NCBI GenBank assembly: GCA_034101145.1
Contig: JAXEKG010000002.1
Location: forward strand, 12,604-76,603
Length of the DNA stretch: 64,000 nucleotides
From: Eubacteriales bacterium
Lineage (GTDB): Bacteria; Bacillota; Clostridia; Oscillospirales; CAG-272
Reading direction: 5' to 3'
The notes beneath the pieces are model-generated. The model was not told the origin of the DNA and did not search any database. It was given only the letters and a program-made list of their open reading frames with translations. The position numbers were made by a program, and so were the translations under genes. Shown in pieces: positions 38,139 to 47,882 of the stretch (position 1 is its first letter; each line of letters starts with the position of its first letter).

Positions 38139-39278
38139 ATGGGATTCGATTTTAAAGATAAATTTGACAGTGGTGTAAAAATCAAGGTTATAGGTGTCGG
38201 AGGCGGTGGCGGAAACGCCATCAACCGAATGGTTTCCTCCAACATACGCGGTGTTGAATTTATTGCAATGAACACGGACGGAATGGCTCTTGATGCCTCC
38301 GTCGCATCAAAGAAAGTGCTTATCGGAGAGAATGTCACCAGACGTTTCGGTGCAGGCGCCAATCCCGAAATGGGTAGAAAATCTGCCGAAGAAAGCATCG
38401 ATGCGATACGTGATGCAATATCCGGCGCAGATATGGTATTCGTAACCGCAGGAATGGGTGGCGGTACAGGTACCGGTGCGGCTCCCATAGTTGCCAAGGT
38501 GGCTCATGAGATGGGCATACTTACCATAGGTATAGTAACAAAACCTTTTCTTTTCGAGGGAAAGAGACGCACGATACAGGCAGAGGCAGGAATCGCTGCT
38601 CTTAAGGAATACGTAGATTCTCTGATAATAATACCCAACGAAAGACTGAAGCAGGTATCCGCGGAAAAAATAACTCTCGCAAATGCATTTGCTATCGCGG
38701 ACGACGTGCTCAGACTCGGCGTTCAGGGTGTATCCGAGCTTATAAACGTTCCGGGATTTGTAAATCTCGACTTTGCAGACGTCACCTCAGTAATGAAGGG
38801 GGCAGGTTTTGCCCATATGGGTATCGGACAGGCTAAGGGCGAGGATAAGGCAAACCTTGCGGCGCAGGCAGCTATCTCTTCTCCGCTTCTTGAAACGTCC
38901 ATTTCCGGAGCTACGGGAATTCTCATGAGCATAACCGTATCAAACGATGTAGGACTCGAAGAGGTGGATGCCGCTTCAACTATCATATCCGAAGAGGCAG
39001 ATCCGAACGCAAATATCATATGGGGCGCTTCATTTGATCCCGAGCTTCAGGATGAAATGCGCATAACCATAATCGCCACGGGCTTTTCATCAAAGGATAA
39101 TTTCCATGATCAGGCATATCAGAATACCTCAAGACCGGAGGGTAAGGCGATATTTGCCGACGTAGTTTCAGAGCAGAAGGAAGAGGCTCCGATAACCTCA
39201 CCGCGCACTGAAGAGGCAGACGACGATGAAGATGAATTCATCCGCCTCATATACAATAAGAGAAACAATAATCAGTAA
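38139..39278 (+). CDS. ftsZ: Cell division protein FtsZ
   Basis: [13 protein letters not shown] and [15 protein letters not shown] tubulin signature. Acidic C-terminal linker and conserved tail ([11 protein letters not shown]). Confidence 0.97.
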   Translation: MGFDFKDKFDSGVKIKVIGVGGGGGNAINRMVSSNIRGVEFIAMNTDGMALDASVASKKVLIGENVTRRFGAGANPEMGRKSAEESIDAIRDAISGADMVFVTAGMGGGTGTGAAPIVAKVAHEMGILTIGIVTKPFLFEGKRRTIQAEAGIAALKEYVDSLIIIPNERLKQVSAEKITLANAFAIADDVLRLGVQGVSELINVPGFVNLDFADVTSVMKGAGFAHMGIGQAKGEDKANLAAQAAISSPLLETSISGATGILMSITVSNDVGLEEVDAASTIISEEADPNANIIWGASFDPELQDEMRITIIATGFSSKDNFHDQAYQNTSRPEGKAIFADVVSEQKEEAPITSPRTEEADDDEDEFIRLIYNKRNNNQ

Positions 39279-39346
39279 TAAAAAACACCGAAAATTCCCT
39301 AATTATCATAGGTAATTTTCGGCAAAGCGAGTGCCTTTAAGAGCAG

Positions 39347-39372
39347 GGCGTGGCGTTAAGCCACGCCTTTTC
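39347..39372 (+). terminator. Intrinsic terminator after ftsZ
   Basis: GGCGTGGC-gttaa-GCCACGCC followed by TTTT. Confidence 0.75.
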
Positions 39373-39642
39373 TCTTGATGTTTCACCGTGAATCGGATTG
39401 TCGAGTACTCCGACGAAATCGTAAAAGATTTCTCCCGTATAAGTATAACTCTGTTCGGTATCGATAGACGAATTTCCTGCGAAGGTACTGACGATTGTTA
39501 TTACACGCCGGCAAACAGTATTACATGATAAGAAGTACGGCTATTGGAATCAACCCCGATGCCACCGGCATAAACATATAAAAAATTAAAACAAATAAAA
39601 ACCTATGAAAAAGCTCCAAGTATATCGCTCTTTTTGACAAAA

Positions 39643-39680
39643 GGCTCACGGATTTGTTTTCGTGAGCCTTTATTTAGTTT
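39643..39680. terminator. Hairpin terminator downstream of the minus-strand dehydrogenase operon
   Basis: GGCTCACG-10 nt-CGTGAGCC with U-rich tails on both strands. The minus strand reads ...CGTGAGCCTTTTGTC. Confidence 0.55.
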
Positions 39681-39720
39681 TAATAATTCCCTGTGAGACG
39701 CGTACTGCAATCGGTGTTTT

Positions 39721-40113
39721 TTATATGCAAAGAAGGGCGATGTTTCTCTTGCCCTTCCCCATATCGGCGTCATCGGATAGCTCGGGGCATTTATCGCACA
39801 TATATCGAACGGTATCGGAGGCGGCGTAAAAATTCTCGCCGAAAACATAGCAACGCAGCTTACCGCGTTTTTTGAGAGACCTTATCTCCCGCCTTATTGC
39901 GAGTCTGAAAGGTTCGCTCTCCGGATGCGTGAGTTTTATCACTCCTCCGCCGTTACCGAAAACGGTAGCCACTCTGTAAAGCATTTCATGAGCCGCAACC
40001 GTAGGTTCATCGAAGTCATGCTCAAGGTCAAGATATACTATCGGCAACTCTTCCCTATATACCGATGAATCCCGTTCGTCGTCTGTTTCACGGTCAACGT
40101 ACTCTTTTGTCAT
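39721..40113 (-). CDS. Hypothetical acidic protein, 130 aa, translationally coupled to the upstream dehydrogenase
   Basis: Its ATG overlaps the dehydrogenase TGA as ATGA at 40110-40113. A weak Smr-like pattern (LDLEH...GGGVIKLTH) is my impression only. Confidence 0.6.
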   Translation of the reverse strand: MTKEYVDRETDDERDSSVYREELPIVYLDLEHDFDEPTVAAHEMLYRVATVFGNGGGVIKLTHPESEPFRLAIRREIRSLKKRGKLRCYVFGENFYAASDTVRYMCDKCPELSDDADMGKGKRNIALLCI

Positions 40114-41060
40114 ACAATTCTGTTCCTTCTTTCATCGGAAATAAAAGCTCTTATATTTTTGACGGTTTCGTCAATACATCTTACTCTGGCCTCAAATGCA
40201 GCCCATGCCATATGAGGCGTAAGAATAACGTTTTCGCATTGAAGGAGACGTGAAAACGGATGGTCAAGCGGCATAGGCTCCCTCGTGTATACATCAGCTC
40301 CCAGCGCAGCTATTCTGCCGTCAAGCAATGCATCCGCCATTACCGATTCATCCCAGACGCCTCCCCGCGCTTCATTGACTATTACGACGCCTTTTTTCAT
40401 AAGCGAGACCTCCCTCTCACCTATCATATTTCTGGTATCTGAATTCAATGGAGTATGTAAAGAAATTATATCCGACTCACTGAGGAGGGTATCGAGAGAT
40501 ACTATCAGGGCGTCCTTTTCCTCTGTTTTGTGCTTTTTATAAGCTATAACGCGACAACCGAGGGCTTTGGCTATTTTCCCGACTGATTTGCCAATGTTTC
40601 CGTAACCTACGATACCCCACGTTTTGCCGCTTATTTCGGAGTACTGCGGTGTCAGCATATTTGCCGAAGTTCCGCGCGAATACTCCCCCGCCTTTACCGT
40701 TTTGTCGAACAAAAACAGTTTGCTGTACAGGGCGAGTACCGTTGCGGCGGTTATTTGGGCTACACTGTCCGTTGAATAATTCACCGCATTTGAAACGGCA
40801 ATCCCCGCCTCTTTACAAAAGTCGATATCTATATTGTCATATCCTGTTGCGAACTCACATATGAGCTTGACGTCAGTGCCGAAAAGAGTTTTACCATTCA
40901 TCGGAAGTTTGTTTACTACGGCAACGTCGGCGTCTCTCAGCCTTTTTGGAATTTCATCCGGAGCGGAATTATCATATATTTTCAGCTCTCCGAACTCGCT
41001 AAGACATGAAAAATCAAGGTCATCACCCATATTTGATTTGTCCAGAACAACTATCTTCAT
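40110..41060 (-). CDS. D-isomer-specific 2-hydroxyacid dehydrogenase (glycerate/hydroxypyruvate reductase-like)
   Basis: NAD-binding GIVGYGNIGKSVGKIA, NEARGG, and catalytic-His context LTPHMAWA. Confidence 0.88.
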   Translation of the reverse strand: MKIVVLDKSNMGDDLDFSCLSEFGELKIYDNSAPDEIPKRLRDADVAVVNKLPMNGKTLFGTDVKLICEFATGYDNIDIDFCKEAGIAVSNAVNYSTDSVAQITAATVLALYSKLFLFDKTVKAGEYSRGTSANMLTPQYSEISGKTWGIVGYGNIGKSVGKIAKALGCRVIAYKKHKTEEKDALIVSLDTLLSESDIISLHTPLNSDTRNMIGEREVSLMKKGVVIVNEARGGVWDESVMADALLDGRIAALGADVYTREPMPLDHPFSRLLQCENVILTPHMAWAAFEARVRCIDETVKNIRAFISDERRNRIV

Positions 41061-41100
41061 AAAAACTCCGAAAATACCCGCATTTATGCGGAATAATATA

Positions 41101-41128
41101 AAAGCAAAACCTCGTCGCGAGGACGAGG
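41101..41128 (-). terminator. Intrinsic terminator after tRNA-Lys
   Basis: The minus strand reads CCTCGTC-ctcgc-GACGAGG followed by TTTTGCTTT. Confidence 0.65.
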
Positions 41129-41133
41129 CTTTG

Positions 41134-41209
41134 TGGTGCTCCTGTGGGAATTCGAATCCCAGACCCTTTGATTAAAAGTCAAATGCTCTACCGGCTGAGC
41201 TACAGGGGC
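41134..41209 (-). tRNA. tRNA-Lys (anticodon TTT) with encoded CCA
   Basis: GCCCCTGTAGCTCAGCCGGTAGAGCATTTGACTTTTAATCAAAGGGTCTGGGATTCGAATTCCCACAGGAGCACCA. It folds as a cloverleaf with anticodon loop CTTTTAA and one C-A mismatch in the acceptor stem. Confidence 0.86.
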
Positions 41210-41240
41210 GTAATGTCAAGGATAACCTCGGCACTTGATT

Positions 41241-41269
41241 ATAATATCATATTATTTTATGTTTGTCAA
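41241..41269 (-). promoter_or_regulatory. Candidate sigma-A promoter for tRNA-Lys
   Basis: The minus strand reads TTGACA, a 17-nt spacer, then TATTAT, about 30 nt upstream of the tRNA. Confidence 0.5.
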
Positions 41270-41458
41270 CACCTTTTACCGTATTTTCTCGTTTAATTTT
41301 TTGCACTGCGTCATAATACATACAAAAATCAAATAACGCACAAAAAAACAACCGTGGTGCGGACGATGAAAAAACCGCTGTCCCCTCTACGGGAAAAATT
41401 ATGTTGCGAAATTTCAACCGTCCGCTGTGATTATTCTACGGTTCTTCGGAATTCCGTT

Positions 41459-42724
41459 TTATCTTCCGTACTTTCCGAACTCCAAAAGTGAATTTTCTAT
41501 CTTAAGAAGGCGATTGTATTTTGCGACTCTCTCGCCTCTTGCCGGTGCGCCGGCCTTTATATACTTAGCGCCTGTACCTACCGCAATATCGGATATCGAG
41601 GTATCGTCCGTTTCTCCCGAACGATGCGATACTATATGATTATATCCGTTTCTGCCTGCGAGAGAAATCACGTCGAGAGTCTCGCTGAGCGTTCCTATCT
41701 GATTAGGCTTTATCAGTATTGCATTGGCAGCCCCTTTCTCTATCCCCGTTTTCAGACGTGAGCTGTTTGTAACGAAGAGATCGTCTCCTACAAGCATAAC
41801 CCGCCCGCCCAGTTCCTCCGTCAGAGCGTGCCAACCCTCAAAATCCGTCTCCGAGAGTCCATCCTCAACCGACATTATAGGATATTCATCGCATAAAGTG
41901 GCTATATATTCCGTCATTTCTCGCACCGTGAGAGTGCTTTTTCTCTTAGGCATCGTATAGGTGTGTTCGCCGGGCGAATACCAGGCACTCGAAGCAACGT
42001 CGAGGGCTATTTTTACCTTATCCTCATATCCCGACTCCTCAATCGCCCTTACAATATAGTCAAGCGCCGCCGTATCGCTATCGAGATTCGGCGCATATCC
42101 TCCCTCGTCACCTACGGAAACTGATAGTTTATCCTTTTTCAGTATATCTCCGAGTATATGATATATTTCTGCGGAAATTCTCAGAGCTTCGCAAAAACTC
42201 GCCGCGCCGAATGGCACAATCATGAATTCCTGAATATCTATATTATTGAACGCATGAACGCCGCCGTTCAGAATATTCATCATCGGTATCGGAAGTGAGG
42301 ATGAAGAAATACCGCCGACATAACGGTACAGAGGCATTGACATAGACGCCGCAGCCGCGCGCGCAACGGCAAGTGATACGGAGAGTATGGCATTCGCTCC
42401 TAACTTTGACTTATTTTTCGTGCCGTCGAGCATTATCATTGTATTATCTATTTCGGCCTGCTCATATGCGCATATTCCCGAAACAGCGGGAGAAATCAAT
42501 TTGTTGACGTTATATACGGCATCCAGAACTCCTTTTCCGCCGTATCGTTCGTTTGCCTCATCACGAAGCTCACAGGCTTCGTATTTTCCCGTTGATGCCC
42601 CGGACGGAACAGAAGCTATGCCTATGCTTCCGTCAGATAAAAGCACCGTTGTTTCCAATGTAGGATTCGCTCTTGAATCAAGTATTTCCCGTGCGTAGGT
42701 ACGTACAATCTGGTTTTTTCCCAT
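41459..42724 (-). CDS. eno: Enolase (phosphopyruvate hydratase)
   Basis: REILDSRANPTLE, SHRSGET and IKPNQIGTLSET motifs; RBS GGAGG. Confidence 0.97.
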   Translation of the reverse strand: MGKNQIVRTYAREILDSRANPTLETTVLLSDGSIGIASVPSGASTGKYEACELRDEANERYGGKGVLDAVYNVNKLISPAVSGICAYEQAEIDNTMIMLDGTKNKSKLGANAILSVSLAVARAAAASMSMPLYRYVGGISSSSLPIPMMNILNGGVHAFNNIDIQEFMIVPFGAASFCEALRISAEIYHILGDILKKDKLSVSVGDEGGYAPNLDSDTAALDYIVRAIEESGYEDKVKIALDVASSAWYSPGEHTYTMPKRKSTLTVREMTEYIATLCDEYPIMSVEDGLSETDFEGWHALTEELGGRVMLVGDDLFVTNSSRLKTGIEKGAANAILIKPNQIGTLSETLDVISLAGRNGYNHIVSHRSGETDDTSISDIAVGTGAKYIKAGAPARGERVAKYNRLLKIENSLLEFGKYGR

Positions 42725-42807
42725 ATTTACCTCCGATGTAATTCAATTTAAGTATTACTTATTTTAACCCCAAAAAACAATATAATACAGAGTAAAGGAT
42801 AAATACT

Positions 42808-44073
42808 ATGATTATTCACAAAGTGGTAAAGAACGACACTCTTTACAATATAGCAAAAAAATACGGAGTATCGCTTAGCAAAATCATCGAGGACAATAAC
42901 ATAAAAAATCCCGATAAACTCATCGTTGGTCAGGAGCTTTATATACCGAAGTCGTCGGCGACACATACAGTTCGGGGAGGAGAGACTCTGGGACGCATAT
43001 CAAACGATGTCGGAGTTGATAAGGATTATCTTTACCGTCTAAACCCCTCGCTTTACGGCACGGAGGATATATACCCGGGACAGATACTTAACGTATTGTA
43101 TCAGAGCCCGAGTATGGGCGCAATATCGGTGAGTGGTTTTGCCACTCCGAAAATTACGGAGAGGGACCTCAGGGCATCACTTCCCTACCTTACCTACGTA
43201 TCGGTATATTCACACAGATTTAACCAAGACGGGGAAATAGTCTGCGACTTTAACCAAGATATGATAATAAGTCTTGCAAACTCATATTCCGTCATACCGC
43301 TGATGACGCTTACCAACACGAATTCATCGGGTAATTATTCTGCAGATGTATTTGCGTCTCTTACAGGAAACAACACGAAAAACAGTGTGAGCGCAATAAC
43401 AGAGTACGCAAAAAAATACGGATATAGCGTTGTACATATTGATTTCGAGATGATACCGCCGGACTCGGCGGATGATTATGCGGAATTTCTTATATTTCTC
43501 CGCGGTTCTTTGAAAGAAAACAACATTTCTCTGTTCGTCAGCGTGGCTCCAAGATATGACGACTATTCGGAAAATATTTATACACCGATAAATTACGGAC
43601 GGCTATGCTCCATTTGCGATCTAGTATATCTTATGAGCTATGAGATTTCAAAGCAAGGGAATACCCCGCATCCGACGGCAACGACGGCAGATTTGGAGCG
43701 CGCACTCCGATATATAACGTCAAAGTGCCCTGCAAGCAAAATATCGCTGGGTATACCGAACTATGCCTATGAGTATGACAAAAACGGCGCATACCCCATT
43801 AGCGACGAATACGCCATGTCTCTCGCGCTGAGAAAAAATGCGGCGATAGAAACAGATGAAGAATCTGATACACCCTACTTTTCATACGTGGAAAGGAACG
43901 GTAGAAATACCGATATTCATACAGTTCACACCGATAACTTCACGAGTCTTTCGGAGAAACTGTCGCTTATTTATGATTTCGGCATAATGGGTGTGAGCAT
44001 TTATCCTATCGATAACTTTAATCCTAAAATATACTTACCCCTTATGCGGATGTATAATATATTGAAAAGATAA
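42808..44073 (+). CDS. LysM-LysM-GH18 protein (YaaH/SleL-like spore peptidoglycan hydrolase)
   Basis: Two LysM repeats (HKVVKNDTLYNIAKKYGVSL... and HTVRGGETLGRISNDVGV...), then a GH18 barrel with the HIDFE catalytic block. Confidence 0.85.
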   Translation: MIIHKVVKNDTLYNIAKKYGVSLSKIIEDNNIKNPDKLIVGQELYIPKSSATHTVRGGETLGRISNDVGVDKDYLYRLNPSLYGTEDIYPGQILNVLYQSPSMGAISVSGFATPKITERDLRASLPYLTYVSVYSHRFNQDGEIVCDFNQDMIISLANSYSVIPLMTLTNTNSSGNYSADVFASLTGNNTKNSVSAITEYAKKYGYSVVHIDFEMIPPDSADDYAEFLIFLRGSLKENNISLFVSVAPRYDDYSENIYTPINYGRLCSICDLVYLMSYEISKQGNTPHPTATTADLERALRYITSKCPASKISLGIPNYAYEYDKNGAYPISDEYAMSLALRKNAAIETDEESDTPYFSYVERNGRNTDIHTVHTDNFTSLSEKLSLIYDFGIMGVSIYPIDNFNPKIYLPLMRMYNILKR

Positions 44074-44084
44074 TATCAGTATAC

Positions 44085-44120
44085 AAAAACAAGGGCAAAT
44101 CGATTTGCCCTTGTTTTTAT
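44085..44120. terminator. Bidirectional intrinsic terminator between convergent GH18 and radical-SAM genes
   Basis: AAAAACAAGGGCAAATCGATTTGCCCTTGTTTTT, a near-perfect palindrome flanked by an A-run and a T-run. Confidence 0.75.
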
Positions 44121-44166
44121 AGTGTTCGGAATTTGATAATGCCGTGACTCAGCACCTTTGTGTTCT

Positions 44167-44787
44167 TTATTCTCCGATATAATTTCTTATTTTGATTTGT
44201 ACGCCGATATCTTTGCATATTTTGATGCACTCTGCTATCTCCTGATCGCTCTGTGTTTCTTTTACTATCGACATTATCACCTTCGGCACGTATTCTTTTA
44301 CCTTACGGGTAAAATCCAATACTTCGTCAAAGGCTCTTTTGCCGTAGCGTGAACGGCACAATTCCTGATACTTCTCCGCCGTCGGAGCATTCAGACTCAC
44401 GGATACACAGTCGAAAACCGCAAAGTCAATCGCAGTATCCCTGCCGTTTATAAGAGATGATAAACCGTTTGTATTCACACGAAGATATGAGCCGTAAGTA
44501 TCCTTTATACTCTTTGCAACGGATACCATAACTCCGAGTCTCTCGGACGGCTCGCCGTATCCGCAGAACACAACCTCGGAAAATTTTCTCGGGTCTTTTT
44601 TGCGTATTGCGTCTTTTATTTCATCCTCGGTAGGTTCGCGAGAAAGCCAGAGAGAATCACTGCCGTAAGCACCGTCACCGTTGTTCCTGATACAGAACGT
44701 ACAGTTATTCGGACAACGATTGGTTATATTAAGATAAAGTCCGCCGTCAACTTCATATGCGATAGTCATGCTTTTATGCTTTTCCAT
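44167..44787 (-). CDS. Radical SAM protein, TatD-associated family
   Basis: CPNNCTFC (CxxxCxxC) near the N-terminus. About 200 aa. Lies directly downstream of tatD, matching the TatD family-associated radical SAM description as I recall it. Confidence 0.8.
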   Translation of the reverse strand: MEKHKSMTIAYEVDGGLYLNITNRCPNNCTFCIRNNGDGAYGSDSLWLSREPTEDEIKDAIRKKDPRKFSEVVFCGYGEPSERLGVMVSVAKSIKDTYGSYLRVNTNGLSSLINGRDTAIDFAVFDCVSVSLNAPTAEKYQELCRSRYGKRAFDEVLDFTRKVKEYVPKVIMSIVKETQSDQEIAECIKICKDIGVQIKIRNYIGE

Positions 44788-44817
44788 ATAAACCGCCTTG
44801 TAGATTGATAGTGTCTG

Positions 44818-45603
44818 TTATGCTATACCGAACAGCGTTTTCGCATTGTCGGAGGTTATTCTCGCTGCCTCCTCGGTTGAAATACCCCATATTTCACCGA
44901 GTTTTTCCGCCGTATATAGGAGATATGAGGAATTATTTGTTCTGCCACGGTACGGATGAGGTGCAAGATACGGACAGTCAGTCTCAATAAGCACCTTGTC
45001 GTGCGGAAGCTCAAGTGCGCTCTGTTGCACCTTACGTGCATTTTTGAAAGTAATAGTTCCGGAAAAGGATATATACCAACCGTGACGGACGTATTCCGTT
45101 GCCATCTCGGGACTTCCGCTGTAACTATGTATAACTCCGCGTGCGTTTTTATGTTTCATTATTGTATCGAACGCGTCGCCGTGAGCATCTCTTATGTGTA
45201 TTACAGCAGGAATATTAAGCTGCTCCGAAAGAGTAAGCTGTGCATTGAAATACTTTAACTGGAGCTCTTTATCGTACGGCTCGAAATGATAGTCGAGTCC
45301 TATTTCGCCGAGAGCTACAGCCTTGCTTTTCGGTTCTCTCAGAAGTTCTTGCAGTACGAAAAGCTCTCTGTCAATATTTGCGCTCGGGTCTATATCGCTC
45401 GGATGTATGCCGAGGGCTGTATACATATTCTCATATTTTTGTGCCATGGATATACACGAGAGCGCATTTGCGTTGTTTGTCGCCACGTTCACTATATATC
45501 CGACATTATTTGCAAACATCGATTCGAGGAGCGAATATACGTCAATTCCCTCCTCTTCATACCGACTGTCAAAATAATGAGAGTGACTGTCAAAAAACTT
45601 CAT
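44818..45603 (-). CDS. tatD: TatD family metal-dependent hydrolase/DNase
   Basis: FDSHSHY, LGEIGLDY, IHIRDA, VLIETDCPYL. Its start overlaps the metG stop (TAATG). Confidence 0.92.
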   Translation of the reverse strand: MKFFDSHSHYFDSRYEEEGIDVYSLLESMFANNVGYIVNVATNNANALSCISMAQKYENMYTALGIHPSDIDPSANIDRELFVLQELLREPKSKAVALGEIGLDYHFEPYDKELQLKYFNAQLTLSEQLNIPAVIHIRDAHGDAFDTIMKHKNARGVIHSYSGSPEMATEYVRHGWYISFSGTITFKNARKVQQSALELPHDKVLIETDCPYLAPHPYRGRTNNSSYLLYTAEKLGEIWGISTEEAARITSDNAKTLFGIA

Positions 45604-47552
45604 TACCTTACTCTTGCTCCGAGAGGAGTTTCATCATCGAGAAAAACTACCTTAACCGTCTCTTCTCCGGCGGCAAGCAACATACCTTTGCTTTCTATTC
45701 CGCAGAGAGTTGCCGGTGCGAGGTTTGCGACGACTATTATCTTTTTACCTATAAGCTGTTCGGGCGTATAGAAGTTGGCTATTCCCGATACAATCTGTCT
45801 CTTCTCATAACCGAGGTCTACCATGAGTTTGAGCAGTTTTTTCGCCTTGGGAACCTTTTCACACTCGATAACCTTTGCGGCTCTCAGCTCAACGTTTTTG
45901 AAGGAATCTATGCCGATTTGCTTCTCGTGCTCGGGTTCCTCCTTTTCTTTTTCTGCAATCTCCGCTGCTTTCATTGCGGCAAGAATCTCTGCGTTTCTCT
46001 CTGAAAGGAATTTCTGCTCGTCTATTCTCGCAAAAAGTGTTTGAGCCGTTCCGATTTTTGCTCCGGACTTGAGGGCGCCGAAGGACGACACCGTTTCATA
46101 CGCGGTTTCATCAGTTGCGAGCTGCGAGAATATCTTATCGCTTGTCGTGGGCATAAAGGGTTCAAGAAGGACAGCCCCCGTCCTTATCGTCTCGAGCAGG
46201 TTATATATTACCGTTCCGAGACGCGTGCGGTCCCCATCGTTCTTTGCGAGTACCCACGGTGCCGTTTCGTCAATATACTTATTCGCACGGCGAAGCATAC
46301 CGAATATACAGTCAAGGGCATCGGAAACGTGGTATTCATTCATAAGCTTTTTCGACTTTTCAACAGTATCGGCAACCGTTGCTTTAAGGTCACGATCAAG
46401 TTCAGTTTCCTCGGCAGGAGTCGGTACCATGCCGTCAAAATACTTAACGGTCATTGCATGAGTACGGCTGACGAGATTACCGAGATTGTTGGCAAGGTCG
46501 GTATTGTATCTGTTCACTACGTTCTCGTACGTTATGCTTCCGTCCGCCGCATACGGCATCTCGGCGAGAGCATAATATCTTACTCCGTCAACCCCGAAAA
46601 ATTCTGCGAGCCTGTCCGCATATATTACGTTCCCCTTTGACTTTGACATTTTATCCTGTCCGAAATTAAACCACGGATGTCCGAAAACCTTTTTAGGCAA
46701 CGGAAGGTCGAGCGCCATAAGAATTATCGGCCAGTATATAGTGTGGAATCTCAGTATGTCTTTTCCGATTATATGAACGTCTGCAGGCCAGTATTTTTCG
46801 AAAAGCTCCGGCATCTTTTCATTCTCCGGGTCATATCCGAGAGCGGTGATATAGTTTGCGAGAGCATCTATCCATACGTATATAACGTGTTTGGGGTCAA
46901 AATCAACCGGAATGCCCCACTTAAATGAATTTCTCGTTACGCATAAATCCTGAAGTCCCGCTTTGAGGAAGTTGTTAACCATCTCCTTCTTACGCGACTC
47001 CGGCTCGACGAATTCAACGTGATTTTCAATGTAATCCGAGAGCCTGTCCGCATACTTGCTCATAGCGAAAAAGTATGCTTCCTCTTTTGCCTTTTTGAGC
47101 GGTCTGCCGCAGTCGGGGCATTTACCGTCAGATGCCTGAGTGTCGGTAAAGAATGATTCACAAGGGGTGCAATACCATCCCTCGTAATGTCCCTTATATA
47201 TATCTCCTTTGCTGTAAAGCTTATTAAATATATGACGAACGCTCTTTACGTGATAATCATCGGTAGTACGAATAAATTTATCGTAACTGACATCCATAAG
47301 GTCCCATATGGAACGTATTTCCCCGGATACCCTATCAACATATTTCTGCGGCTCTATGCCTTCCTTTTCGGCGAGCTCTTCTATTTTCTGTCCGTGCTCG
47401 TCTGTACCGGTAAGAAAGAATACGTCGCGTCCCTGCTGTCTCTGAAAACGGGCTACGGCATCTGTAAGTATAATCTCGTAGGTGTTTCCGAAGTGAGGCT
47501 TACGGGATGCATATGCAATCGCGCTTGTGATATAAAATTTTTCCTTAGCCAT
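45603..47552 (-). CDS. metG: Methionine--tRNA ligase with C-terminal tRNA-binding (Trbp111/EMAP-like) domain
   Basis: Class I HIGH-type PHFGN and KMSKS motifs. Zn knuckle CTPCE...CPDCG. C-terminal LRAAKVIECEKVPKAKKLLKL. Confidence 0.96.
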   Translation of the reverse strand: MAKEKFYITSAIAYASRKPHFGNTYEIILTDAVARFQRQQGRDVFFLTGTDEHGQKIEELAEKEGIEPQKYVDRVSGEIRSIWDLMDVSYDKFIRTTDDYHVKSVRHIFNKLYSKGDIYKGHYEGWYCTPCESFFTDTQASDGKCPDCGRPLKKAKEEAYFFAMSKYADRLSDYIENHVEFVEPESRKKEMVNNFLKAGLQDLCVTRNSFKWGIPVDFDPKHVIYVWIDALANYITALGYDPENEKMPELFEKYWPADVHIIGKDILRFHTIYWPIILMALDLPLPKKVFGHPWFNFGQDKMSKSKGNVIYADRLAEFFGVDGVRYYALAEMPYAADGSITYENVVNRYNTDLANNLGNLVSRTHAMTVKYFDGMVPTPAEETELDRDLKATVADTVEKSKKLMNEYHVSDALDCIFGMLRRANKYIDETAPWVLAKNDGDRTRLGTVIYNLLETIRTGAVLLEPFMPTTSDKIFSQLATDETAYETVSSFGALKSGAKIGTAQTLFARIDEQKFLSERNAEILAAMKAAEIAEKEKEEPEHEKQIGIDSFKNVELRAAKVIECEKVPKAKKLLKLMVDLGYEKRQIVSGIANFYTPEQLIGKKIIVVANLAPATLCGIESKGMLLAAGEETVKVVFLDDETPLGARVR

Positions 47553-47821
47553 ACAATTCTCCTGTCAAAATCCGAATTCGTATGTTATGTGACGGTTGCG
47601 TATATACTAACAAAAGCACAAACATTTCGAACTTTAATACATTAAATAAATTATATTTATTTTATCACATTAATATAAATTTTACAATATGATTTTAAGA
47701 TATTTTCTTTTTTAATTTTACGGTATTTATATTTACGTTTTTTAACTGCCGTTTTAACGGCAAAACATAAAGAATTTTATTTTAATCATATAACAATTTT
47801 GCCTTAAAAATTATAAAAAGA

Positions 47822-47850
47822 TTGACATATCAGCTTCGAATTGATATAAT
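47822..47850 (+). promoter_or_regulatory. Sigma-A type promoter of the holB operon
   Basis: TTGACA (47822-47827), a 17-nt spacer, then TATAAT (47845-47850). The ORF-track ATG at 47856 would sit at the transcription start, which favours ATG 47883. Confidence 0.6.
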
Positions 47851-47882
47851 TTATTATGAATAATTGTGTGACGGAGGCATAT

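Noticed and set aside
39288-39322. Long hairpin immediately after the ftsZ stop (CCGAAAATT...AATTTTCGG)
   Set aside because: It has no U-tract. The functional terminator is more likely the GC-rich hairpin at 39347-39372. It is noted only as an extra 3' UTR structure.
39373-39600. Coding-like minus-strand stretch downstream of the ftsZ terminators (…STFAGNSSIDTEQSYTYTGEIFYDFVGVLDNPIHGE…), possibly a second YD-repeat scrap
   Set aside because: There is only one weak YxYxG-like element, no start codon or RBS, and stops close by in the frame. This is not enough to call a pseudogene.
47553-47821. T-box or other leader upstream of metG; the same check was made for glnS at 57927-58011
   Set aside because: No AGAGA/specifier/T-box (GGTGGTACCGCG-like) sequence appears on the minus strand. 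The metG spacer is simply AT-rich divergent-promoter DNA, and the glnS spacer is too short.
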